Assembly (NCBI RefSeq): GCF_006345805.1
Contig: NW_021825844.1
Location: forward strand, 1 to 14,310
DNA: 14,310 nt
From: Octopus sinensis
Lineage: Eukaryota
Reading direction: 5' to 3'
Shown: positions 1 to 9,856 of the stretch, piece by piece
Layout of the letters: each line of letters opens with the position of its first letter
Position numbering within the stretch: position 1 is the stretch's first letter
The notes under the pieces: model-generated
The model's input: only the letters and a program-made list of their open reading frames with translations
The model's database searches: none
Told to the model about the DNA's origin: nothing
Made by a program: the position numbers and the translations under genes

Positions 1-34
1 TCCGGCGACGGCCTTTAATTATGACCTTGTATGT
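1..34 (+). other. Possible exon 3' end and 5' splice donor (CTT|GTATGT at 28|29)
   Basis: Bases 2-28 are GC-richer than the flank and read openly as PATAFNYDL, followed in phase 0 by GTATGT and then A-rich sequence. The peptide is too short to identify. Confidence 0.3.
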
Positions 35-316
35 AAATAAGAAGAAAAAACCAACAACAGTCTCAAATAATAGTAAATAAATATTTCAATGAGAAAGCAA
101 TAATAATCAGAGTAAATTGATAGGCAATCAGAATTAGAAACGAAGGAAGACAAGTATAAAAAGCAATAAAAGAGAGACTGATGGCTCCAAAAGAAATTGA
201 TAGAACACCTGCGTCTAAATCTAACGTGAACGCGCACGAACCAAGCTCACACAAACGCACATACACACGAACATTTACCGATACACGCCACACGCATGCA
301 TACATATACCATTTTT

Positions 317-357
<41 letters not shown>

Positions 358-387
358 ATATATATAGTGTGTGTATATATTATATAT

Positions 388-439
<52 letters not shown>

Positions 440-528
440 GCGTGTCTACACCATACATATATGCATATATACATATATAGGTACGTATAGACACACACAC
501 ATGCATATATATATGTGTGTGTGTGTGC

Positions 529-562
<34 letters not shown>

Positions 563-600
563 GCATACATATATATATATATTATATATATTAGACACAT
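317..600. repeat. Compound (AC)n/(AT)n/(GT)n microsatellite
   Basis: Alternating runs of acacac, atatat and gtgtgt read directly from the sequence. Confidence 0.95.
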
Positions 601-732
<132 letters not shown>

Positions 733-1060
733 AACTGAAGAGATGGATAAGTGCATAGATATGTATATATTGGGAAACGTGATTTTGCACTAGTTCGTTT
801 TTGCATTGATCAAGTTTATGCCTTCAGTTATGTTAGTGTATGCCTTGATGTGTGATTGTAAGTTTTGCAATACGTATGTGTGTCTGCATGTGCAAGCATG
901 TGAGTGCATTTCTGTTTGTGCGATCTGAAAGAGCAGGTGATGTACTGAATTAAATTACTTCAAACAATTACATAAATGCATAAAACTGAATGTATTGAAA
1001 TTAACAATCATTTCCTTCTTGAAAAAATATACATATATTCACGAGAAAAATGACTTTCTG

Positions 1061-1123
1061 TCTCCCTCCTCTCTCTCTTTCTCTGTCTCTCTGCATATGT
1101 ATGTATATATATATAATATATAT

Positions 1124-1159
<36 letters not shown>

Positions 1160-1285
1160 ATATATACACGGATTGATAATAGATACATATACAGATAGGT
1201 ATAGATACCGATGTATATATCTGTTTGTACGTATATATTTGTATGGAGTGTGTGTGTGTGTGTCTGTGTGTGTTTCTGTGTGTGA
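1061..1285. repeat. Low-complexity (CT)/(AT)/(GT) microsatellite cluster
   Basis: ctctct run near 1061-1093, AT-rich run near 1095-1170 and gtgtgt run near 1246-1284. Confidence 0.85.
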
Positions 1286-1955
1286 GGGAAAGAGCTGTAC
1301 ATTTCCTCAGCGTTTGCTAATTGAATAAGAAAAACTCAGTGTATACTATGAGGCACATAATGGCGATGCAATTAAGAACATTTCGATTTCAGTCGCACTA
1401 CGTGGCATTTTGAGCACAGAACTTTATCCAAAACGTAAACTACATACAACCATATCTTTTACACAGACGCACGTATGTATGTGTTCACGTGTCCTGTCTT
1501 TATGGCGTTGTGTGAAAGATATCTATAATAAAGTTTAGTTGTGTGAAGGATATCCGTGTGTATAGTACAATAAGTATCAATCTCAAATGTTAAAACTCAT
1601 TTCTGCATGTCAAACTAAACTATGTCAGTTGCCATAATTCTAGAGTCATAGAAGACATCAGAAGAATAAATTAATATAGAAAAATGTATTTTTAAAAAAG
1701 ACACGCACATGCACACACGCAAACATGTTAGCATACACACACACGCCCACCCATACACACACAAGCACGCACACACATATGACAACAGTTCGACAGGCGT
1801 TTACTTCTACCAAACGTTGTGGCTGTCACCTTCAATGGTTCAAGGGGCAAGATATACGTTCAGTGACCTTATCAAATTTATCAACCAGTCAGTTCCATAA
1901 GTACAAATCACTTAACTTTAAGACTGAGTTACATATCAAATATTCGGTCGACAGG

Positions 1956-1979
1956 TATGTATATACACCTATATATATA

Positions 1980-2017
<38 letters not shown>

Positions 2018-2243
2018 TATATATATATTATATAATCATATATATATACATATATATGTATATATGTATGTGTATATATATATATATATATATATGTATA
2101 TACATATATATATATACATATATATGTATATATGTATGTATATATATAATATATATATATGCACACATACACCACACAAATATATATCAATAATATATGT
2201 GTGTGTGTGTAATCAAGAATAAAATCGTTATAAGGTTTATAAT

Positions 2244-2279
<36 letters not shown>

Positions 2280-2325
2280 GTGTGTGTATGTATGTATGTA
2301 TGTATGTATGTATGTATTTACATAC
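1956..2325. repeat. Compound (AT)n/(ATGT)n microsatellite
   Basis: Long atatat tracts with tatg/atac variants; explains the Y/I-rich ORFs here. Confidence 0.92.
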
Positions 2326-2557
2326 ATACGAGTGGTCGGGGAAGGAAAGAAAAAGGCACTCGACACATTATGTAAAAGTTACATATATTATTTTTTAAAC
2401 ACTTTAGTTCGGCTGCATCAAACATGCTCCATCAGTAGGCTTCTTACAGAAACTTCACTTATTCAGCTCAGATAACCAAATTAGTTTCTGATCCTCATCG
2501 AGCTAAGTTTTTGCAAGAAGCCCGCGAAACTTTAAGCAGCATGGAGCTAAACACACT

Positions 2558-2598
2558 GATAATGATAATAATATATAATATATAATAATAATATAATA

Positions 2599-2655
<57 letters not shown>

Positions 2656-2667
2656 CAACAACAACAC

Positions 2668-2714
<47 letters not shown>

Positions 2715-2777
2715 TAATAATTATAATAATGATAATAATAATAATAATAATAAAATAATAATATAATAATAATAATA

Positions 2778-2814
<37 letters not shown>
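2558..2814 (+). repeat. (AAT)n microsatellite with a short (AAC)n island
   Basis: About 255 bp of aataataat with aacaacaac near 2651-2666. Confidence 0.97.
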
Positions 2815-2815
<1 letters not shown>

Positions 2816-3350
2816 AGGCAGTGGCTCTCATGGCTTCTGATCTTAACTGATTGGAAGTGTCATCATGTACATTGTTTTTTGTCTTGGTATAAAAGATGGG
2901 CTACAGCAAATATTCTGCTCAATACCACAGATTTGCTTTCAGTTGTTTGACCTTAACCAGTTGAGCATGTCCCTTAGTGGCTGACGATATGTGCATCTCT
3001 GATCACGAGCAAAGTAGTGGGGAGCGCATCATAGCCATGTGTTGAGAGGGATTCTTTGGGGTTTGAATAATTCACCTCTGAAAACTGGGTGTTTCATCAT
3101 TCACAATCCTTAAACAACCCTTTTTCAGGGACCTTTTGAGCAGAATGGGTTACTCGACCAGAAGAAAATTCTAACTGGGCCCCACCTGCAAGGTCATGAG
3201 CTGTTTATCTTGATATGAGATCACCATATCGCGCACATATGGTTGTGATGCATGTGCCTGGTGCACCCTTCCTTATCAGACGGGTAGTCATGAGGGCTTC
3301 GTATATTTTACCCCAGTGTCACTTTGATGGCATGCACTGCTCTCTCACTC
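2815..3350. mobile_element. ~535-bp non-coding interspersed-repeat-like element embedded in (AAT)n; class unresolved
   Basis: High-complexity block of balanced composition with sharp borders (aataCAGGCAGTGG ... CTCTCACTCaataataac), AAT repeats on both sides, no ORF in the track, no TIR that I can find. I recall it as a common octopus repeat, but that needs a database check. Confidence 0.6.
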
Positions 3351-3368
3351 AATAATAACAATAATAAC

Positions 3369-3417
<49 letters not shown>

Positions 3418-3419
3418 AT
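3351..3419 (+). repeat. (AAT/AAC)n then (TAG)n microsatellite; probable simple-repeat tail of the adjacent minus-strand SINE
   Basis: aataataacaataataacag followed by about 16 TAG units, ending where SINE similarity starts. Confidence 0.9.
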
Positions 3420-3605
3420 TTCTACTATAGGCACAAGGCCTGAAATTTAGGGGAAGATCTATAGTCGATTATATCGACCCAAGTACTTAACCGATACCTA
3501 TTTTATCGACCCTAAAAAAGGATGAACGGTAAAAAGTTATCTGGGCGGAATTTGGAATCAGAATTTGGATACAGACAAAATACCGCTAAGCATTTTCTCG
3601 TTGCT
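3420..3605 (-). mobile_element. tRNA-derived SINE, 5'-truncated and diverged
   Basis: Reverse complement aligns to the copy at 11941-12171: AAATGCTTAGCGGTATTT, a B-box-like segment, TTCATCCTTT, GGGTCGATAAAATA and GGTCGATxTAATCGACT. The first ~25 nt of the head are missing. Confidence 0.85.
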
Positions 3606-3920
3606 TAGAGCCAAGGACCCCGGCTTCGCCAGATACTGTATCGGCTTTGATTTTATTGGCCGACTGTTCTTCAGTATCCTCCCAAAAGATCTGTGAGACT
3701 TACAATATGGTTGGTCTAGGTATCTTCAAAGCAAAACTAGATCTTCTCATGTTAAGAGTTCCGGATGAACCTAGTCCGCAGCAGGAAATGCAAATAAACG
3801 CAGCAATATCAACTTCCTTCATTCACCGGGTACCACATATTAAGTAAGGTTTCATTTAATGAAAGTGTAGCAAAACGAAATGTGGTCCCGCAGCTTGACC
3901 GCAGTTCTTGATCAAAAACT
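3606..3920 (+). mobile_element. 5'-truncated 3' end of a non-LTR retrotransposon (CR1/L2-group LINE): ORF2 C-terminus plus 3' UTR
   Basis: Frame from 3631 gives RYCIGFDFIGRLFFSILPKDL*DL, then a frameshift to GIFKAKLDLLMLRVPDEPSPQQEMQINAAISTSFIHRVPHIK* (stop 3845-3847). This resembles the GPxLFNxLPxxLR / FKxKLDxFLxxVPDEP C-terminal motifs of CR1/L2-group ORF2. A ~70-nt UTR and a (TA)n tail follow. Confidence 0.75.
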
Positions 3921-3999
3921 ATATATATATATAGAGAGAGAGGGGGGAGATGGAGTACACTTTTTGTTGAACCTGACCATACGGACCTAATCATTATAT

Positions 4000-4072
4000 A
4001 TATATCGTACACACACATACATACATATATTCATATATACAAAGTAAATTCATGCGCACACGTATAGTGTTC

Positions 4073-4115
<43 letters not shown>

Positions 4116-4270
4116 TGCTTGATTGTACGTCTGTATGTATTTACTTATTTATGTGCATATATACACGCATGTGTGTTTGTATGCGTGTGTGCATATGTCT
4201 TCATAACACATGTGTATATATATGTGTGTGTGTGTTTGTACATATATGTATGTATGCATGTATGTATATT
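4000..4270. repeat. Compound (AC)/(AT)/(GT) microsatellite cluster
   Basis: atatat run near 4076-4113 flanked by acacac and gtgtgt runs. Confidence 0.85.
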
Positions 4271-4800
4271 CGAATAGCGTAAACGAGAAGTTCATGATTT
4301 TTAAATGAGTAATATTATATATAAATAATACAATAGTTTGTGCTTGTGTGTGTCTATATGCATGTGTGTGTTTGTGGGTGCCTTTGTGAATATACATTCT
4401 GCGTATTGTGTAAATATTGGTTAGTTGTTTGGTGAGTGTGTGAATGTGAAATGCGTGTTTTCACATCTTGGCAATTTTTCCTCTTAATATGACGTAATCA
4501 ATTAAATTATGTGATTTTTAAAGATACAATATTATTCAAAATTCAAATGTTACTTACAAAGAAAGCTCTACTGAACTGTAAAATATAGATTTAAGCTAAA
4601 ACATTCAAAGAGGAATCTCTAAAGTGAAATAATATTCCACAACCTCCGTTTCCTTTAAGTAGCATAGTATGATTTATCTCTGTGGTCTCCTGGCAATTGA
4701 TATTGATTTACCATATCCATATATAAATACACCAATACATTTATAGTACAAACACATGAACTTTCTGTCACACAGAAGAGAATATTTGTTCATACATAGA

Positions 4801-4937
4801 ATACACACACACACACACACACTCAGACGCGCGCACTCACACACGCACAGATACACACAAACCATATATATATATATATGTATATATATAGATAGACAGA
4901 CAGACAAAAAGACAGACAAAAAGACAGACAGACATAC

Positions 4938-4986
<49 letters not shown>

Positions 4987-4989
4987 TAC

Positions 4990-5080
<91 letters not shown>

Positions 5081-5081
5081 C
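4801..5081 (+). repeat. Compound microsatellite (CA)n-(AT)n-(GACA)n-(GATA)n
   Basis: Stepwise change from GACA units (about 4893-4989) to GATA units (about 4990-5078). Confidence 0.95.
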
Positions 5082-5620
5082 AAGTAGTGTGGTTCTATGT
5101 TTTTCCCGTGTATATATATATATATATATATTTGGTTTTAAAACTACGCTTAAATAACTTGTGATGTGTACATTGCTCAATAGTTTAGCTTTAATAATGA
5201 ATATATGTAACAAAGTATAGAGACATGGCCCCGTCTTTCTACATTGTTTATCTTATTTTGATGCTCATCTAAAACTCACGTACATTTAAATATATCTTGC
5301 TATTTGTAATTTTTCATTCATATAAATGTGTGTGTGTGTGTGTGTGTATGTGTGTGCATGAGAATATATATATGCACGCGCGCGCTTGTGTGTAATTGTT
5401 TAAAGTAACGACATCCGCCTGATGATACACTTATAAACAAAACCACTTCAGTTATAGAAATACAGAAACAAAATAGGCAATATACCGAAACTACAAATAC
5501 TAAGAACGGTTGTCTATGCACACCTTAATTGGTTATATTGGAGGAGGATGGGATAAACTACCTTCATCCACTTGTTATAAAAGCAGGTCGTAATTTAACG
5601 TAATTTTTTTCAAAGCTATA

Positions 5621-6132
5621 ATGGAAGTGACAAAATAGCTTTACGAGTTCAATAAAGGCAACAATGCAAGGGAAAGTGCGAGGAATATTAATGCAGAATA
5701 TGGGGATCGGAAAATAAGCGTAAACAAATGTCAACTGTGGTTCCAGAAATTCCGAGCCAGAAACTATAGCCTGGAAGACGAGTATCGATAACAAAGGAGA
5801 TCTACTGCAAGCAACTTGAACGGTTTAAGTCAGCGCTAGAAGAAAAACGACCATGTTTGGTTTCAAGACAATAGGTGTACTTCCATCAGGATAATGTTCG
5901 ACCACATACAGCGAGGATGACATTCCTAAAGCAAGAGCTGTTTAAATTAGAAACGATGCCCAACCCACCATATTCGCCGGACATTGTCCCATCCGATTAT
6001 CATTTATTCCGCAATGTTCGAAATCATTTGGACGGAAAAAATATAAATTCTGTAGACGAGATCAGAACAGTACTGGAGGAGTATTATTCGTCACGGTCAA
6101 GTGAATTTTGGAAGAAGGAACTCGTCAAATAA
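5621..6132 (+). mobile_element. Defective mariner (Tc1/mariner, DD34D) transposase remnant, internally deleted and 3'-truncated
   Basis: 5621-5791 reads MEVTK*LYEFNKGNNARESARNINAEYGDRKISVNKCQLWFQKFRARNYSLEDEYR (mariner N-terminal HTH). From 5788 another frame reads ITKEIYCKQLERFKSALEEKRPCLVSRQ*VYFHQDNVRPHT...PPYSPDIVPSDYHLF (second and third catalytic Asp, YSPDLAPSD-type motif). WVPHEL and the first Asp are absent; no TIR pair found. Confidence 0.92.
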
Positions 6133-6203
6133 AATTTTGTGAATGTACAAACAGCTTGTTCATTTATATAAAACAGATGGGGTTTTGTTTTTTTTTTTGG
6201 TGG

Positions 6204-6599
6204 GGAGGATGTTTAGAAGGGAACATTTTTTTTTTTGTGGGGTGAGGTTCCATGACAATGGAGATGGGTAGATAGAAATAAAATATTCTTAATTTACAAA
6301 TATTATACTAATGTTTTTTCATGCAGAACTACATTTCATCAAAAAATTATCTCCAAAGCTGAATGTTTTATTTGAAAAGCGGAGACATTACATTTTGTAT
6401 TCTAAATATAAGTGAAAGAGGAGAAAAAGAAAGAAAGAGGGAAAACAAGGAAAAAGGCATTCTGTGATGACACCGTGCCTGGTTTTATATTTGAAGAGGT
6501 CACCATCCTTAAACCCGTTCCAATACAATGGTAAATAACTAAATGAATAAATGAATGATGAATAGGAAGGGGGATCGCCCTTTTCTCTGTCTCTCTATG

Positions 6600-6681
<82 letters not shown>

Positions 6682-6764
6682 CCTATATTACTATCTATCC
6701 ATTATCATTGTCATGGAACCTCACCCGAAAGAATAAAAACAATGTTCTCTTATAAACAACCCCC
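6204..6764. repeat. Imperfect inverted repeat: arms 6204-6275 and 6691-6764, 415-nt spacer
   Basis: 6240-6275 matches the reverse complement of 6691-6726 at 32/36; 6204-6227 matches that of 6741-6764 at 20/24; a T-run and an A-rich run lie between the blocks. Confidence 0.85.
6595..6685 (+). repeat. (ATCT)n microsatellite
   Basis: About 20 perfect atct units. Confidence 0.97.
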
Positions 6765-6807
6765 TTCCCCAAATATCTCTTTTGTATAAATAAACAAGTT
6801 GTTTGTA

Positions 6808-7327
6808 TTGGGTTGTCCGGAAAGTTCGTGCCGATTTTTAAAGGAAAGAAAAAGGTCAATAAATACTTGCCATTACATTTTTAATCAACCAAATATGAAC
6901 CATTTTGTTGCACAATGCGTCTCCATCTTTCCTTTAACTTGAAAATACCCTCTTCCCAGAATTCAGGTGGTTTCATGGCAAAGATTTCATCAAGGTATCA
7001 TTTTACGTCATCCAAGGAATTGTAATTTTTACCATTAAGACTATTCTGCGGAGAACTGAATAAGTGGAAATCCGAAGAAGCAATATCTGGTGAATATGGT
7101 GGGTAGGGTAACACATCCCAGCCGAGCTACAGCAAGTTTTGTCTGGTTCCCAAAGCATCAAGTGCCGAAAATGAACTTTCTTATCTTCCATTTTAAAGGG
7201 TTACAGAATTAACACAGTGCTCTCAATGGAAGTGTAGTAAAATCCTATTTTATGGACTCAACCATGTTCTAAAATAAGTCGAAAGGTAAGCTACTATAAA
7301 TCGGCACGGACTTTCCAGACAACCCAA
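6808..7327 (-). mobile_element. Non-autonomous mariner deletion derivative (520 bp) with both TIRs and TA target-site duplication
   Basis: Left TIR TTGGGTTGTCCGGAAAGTTCGTGCCGATTT (from 6808) matches the reverse complement of the right end (to 7327) at 28/30; TA at 6806-6807 and 7328-7329. Minus strand reads MEDKKVHFRHLMLWE fused out of frame to TRQNLL*LGWDVLPYPPYSPDIASSDFHLF...EFWEEGIFKLKERWRRIVQQNGSYLVD* (stop at 6881-6883). Confidence 0.96.
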
Positions 7328-7435
7328 TAGATTCACAAAATTTTATTTAACGAGTTCGAGAAACGAACGAAAGCGTTTATAATAGATTTTTTTCCAAAAT
7401 CCTGCCGACTTTTTTCAATTTCCGTACATCACACC

Positions 7436-7612
7436 TAACACACACACACACACACACACACACTCTCTCTCTCTCTCTTATATATATATATATTATATAT
7501 ATATGCATGTATGTATATATATATATATATACACACATACATGCATACATAGATACATACATATTTATATGCATGTACATATATATATATATATATAATA
7601 TATATATATATG
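7436..7612. repeat. Compound (CA)n-(CT)n-(AT)n microsatellite
   Basis: Consecutive acacac, ctctct and atatat runs. Confidence 0.93.
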
Positions 7613-8898
7613 CGTACTTATATCCGAGATAAAAGAGGAAAAAATATTATCTTATGTTACCGGATTGTACTGCCCTCCAGAAATCTTCGTTTCTTTAAAA
7701 ATCTGTGGAAAGCATATAAACAAATATTTCGGAGCTATTAACTTTCCTACATTGATTATTAATTTACCACGCTAATTACAATTATTAGTGCAGCTTGGTT
7801 ATATTACTAAAAGACTTATAAGTAGTTTCGAAATGGTGTTTTGATAAAGAGTGAGAATTACAAGTGGAAATTTTGAAAAAATCTTTACTGTTTTATTCTT
7901 CCGTTTTAGGACTAATTTTAAGGTGCATATTTTCTGTTTAGAATGTGCCTTGAAAATACAGTTGCTAAACTACACATTAAAAATCATCCTGCTGTTTCTG
8001 AAGTTCTACTTTTTATCTGTTTGTCGTTTCTGTTTTTCTAAATACCAATGGAGAAACTTCATTTGTAAGAAACTAGACCGTTCTTTGTTGGAAGAATTCA
8101 AATAAAGAAAAATAAGAATATATGGATAATAAACACATACACATATACGCGCTATGCACACGCACATATCAAAGTATATATAAACACACATATATGTACA
8201 CATACATAGATAATTAATTAACTCTCTACAATGCTGCTACTAACTAATCAACGTGCATGTGCTCCACATAACTAATGAGAGTGCTTCCACATGTTCGCTC
8301 GACATGCTTTCGGCTTCCTCGTCAAATCATCTTTTATTAGTTCATCATTCATATTTTCTTTGTTGAGGGTGACAATGTTGGATATACAATGTTAGAGAAA
8401 CGGTTGGCAAAATTTAAGTAAACGGGTCTTATACCTTCAGTATTCAGTCCCAACAACATTTAACCCTACAATTATTTTCATCCGGTTCTTTTCTATCAAA
8501 TTGTAAAATTAAGCTTTCGCACCAGTTTGTTTCTGCAATTACTTTATGTAGCAAATGTGACTGTTACCAAGATGATCATCAAAAGGAAGAATAGAAGGAG
8601 GAGAAGGTCAGTTGTGGTGGTAGTATTGAGTGTAAGTGATTACAATGTGGATGATGATGATGATGATGATCGCTATCACTGTCGTCTTCATAATTACAAA
8701 TAACGCTTTGATGCAATATCACTGAAGTAATATTTAAAAAAAAAACAACATTCAAAAAGATGTACAATAAAATACGATAAAATATTCATAATTCTAATGA
8801 TGAGCTTCTGTCTGACTCTCTCTCCCTGTTAATCCCCTCGCTTTTACTCTATCATCACTCTTACTTTAATCCTTCTCACTGCCTCACTATTACGCTGA

Positions 8899-8901
<3 letters not shown>

Positions 8902-8963
<62 letters not shown>

Positions 8964-8973
8964 TCTCTCTCTC
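8902..8973 (+). repeat. (CT)n microsatellite
   Basis: About 35 CT units with one interruption. Confidence 0.97.
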
Positions 8974-9531
8974 AGAAGACACAGCTTAACACGAACACAG
9001 CTGCAACAAGGACATAGCAAAGCAATGAAAATATGTAGAAAAAGAAATCATGTAAATCTGAAGCAGATAAGCCACTTTACATGTTCATTGACACCCATAA
9101 GCAATAGTCAATGTGTGTAAATATATCTATGTATATGCGCGCTTATACATCTGTATATGAATGTGTATACATATATGCGCTCGAGTGTGTGTATAAACAT
9201 ACATGATATATATGTATGTATATATGTATGATGTTCGTTGGGCTCTTAGGGATATCTTTTTAACTATTACTTCCTTGTATCACAAGAAATTCTTTTTTGT
9301 TTCAGTATTGATAACATTACTGATAATCATCAAAATATTTGAGAAAGACCGACTGCTTCGGCAGCCATTTAAATCCCAGGTGGTATCATAGCATACCTGA
9401 AAAATAATGGTTTATCATAAGAAATACTTTCTCTGGTTATTGTCATTTTACTTAAGTTTGTTTCTTTTCGTAAATATATTTTTTTAGAAAGAGTGGCATT
9501 ATATCTGTTGTTGACATTTGATTTCGCATCA

Positions 9532-9564
9532 TTGTTGTTGTTGTTGTTATTATTATTATTATTA

Positions 9565-9623
<59 letters not shown>

Positions 9624-9856
9624 ATTACCATCATCATCAATAGTAGAAGTAGTGGCAGCAGCGGCAGCAGCGCAGCAGCGGCAGCAGCGGCAGCAGCGGC
9701 AGCAGCGGCAGCAGCGGCCAGCAGCGGCAGCAGCGGCAGCAGCGGCAGCAGCGGCAGCAGCAGCAGCAGTAGTAGTAGCAGCACTAGTATAGTAGGTAGT
9801 AGTAGTAGTAGTATTAGTAGTAGTAGTAGTACTAGTAGTAGTAGTAGTAGTAGTAA

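Noticed and set aside
1507-1554. 17-bp direct repeat GTTGTGTGAAxGATATC with a 31-bp period
   Set aside because: Only two units; best explained as a small local duplication, not an array or CRISPR.
2439-2570. Protein-looking open frame (ITKLVSDPHRAKFLQEARETLSSMEL) after TTCTTACAG
   Set aside because: No usable donor before the (AAT)n tract, short, and no recognisable motif.
5564-5794. 76-aa minus-strand ORF
   Set aside because: Antisense shadow of the mariner N-terminal region.
5875-6132. 85-aa ORF as a functional transposase or SETMAR-like gene
   Set aside because: Only the C-terminal part, preceded by an in-frame stop and a large deletion; first catalytic Asp missing.
6457-6535. Open frame AFCDDTVPGFIFEEVTILKPVPIQ ending at ATG|GTAAAT
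   Set aside because: Upstream sequence is purine-rich with no acceptor tract; peptide unrecognised.
8260-8460. Possible very old interspersed-repeat remnant (also about 10900-11090)
   Set aside because: Only a faint resemblance to repeats I recall; no alignable partner, TSD or TIR in the window.
9452-9784. 110-aa poly-Leu/Ala/Ile/Thr ORF resembling a signal peptide or polyalanine protein
   Set aside because: Direct translation of the compound triplet array; no non-repetitive coding context.
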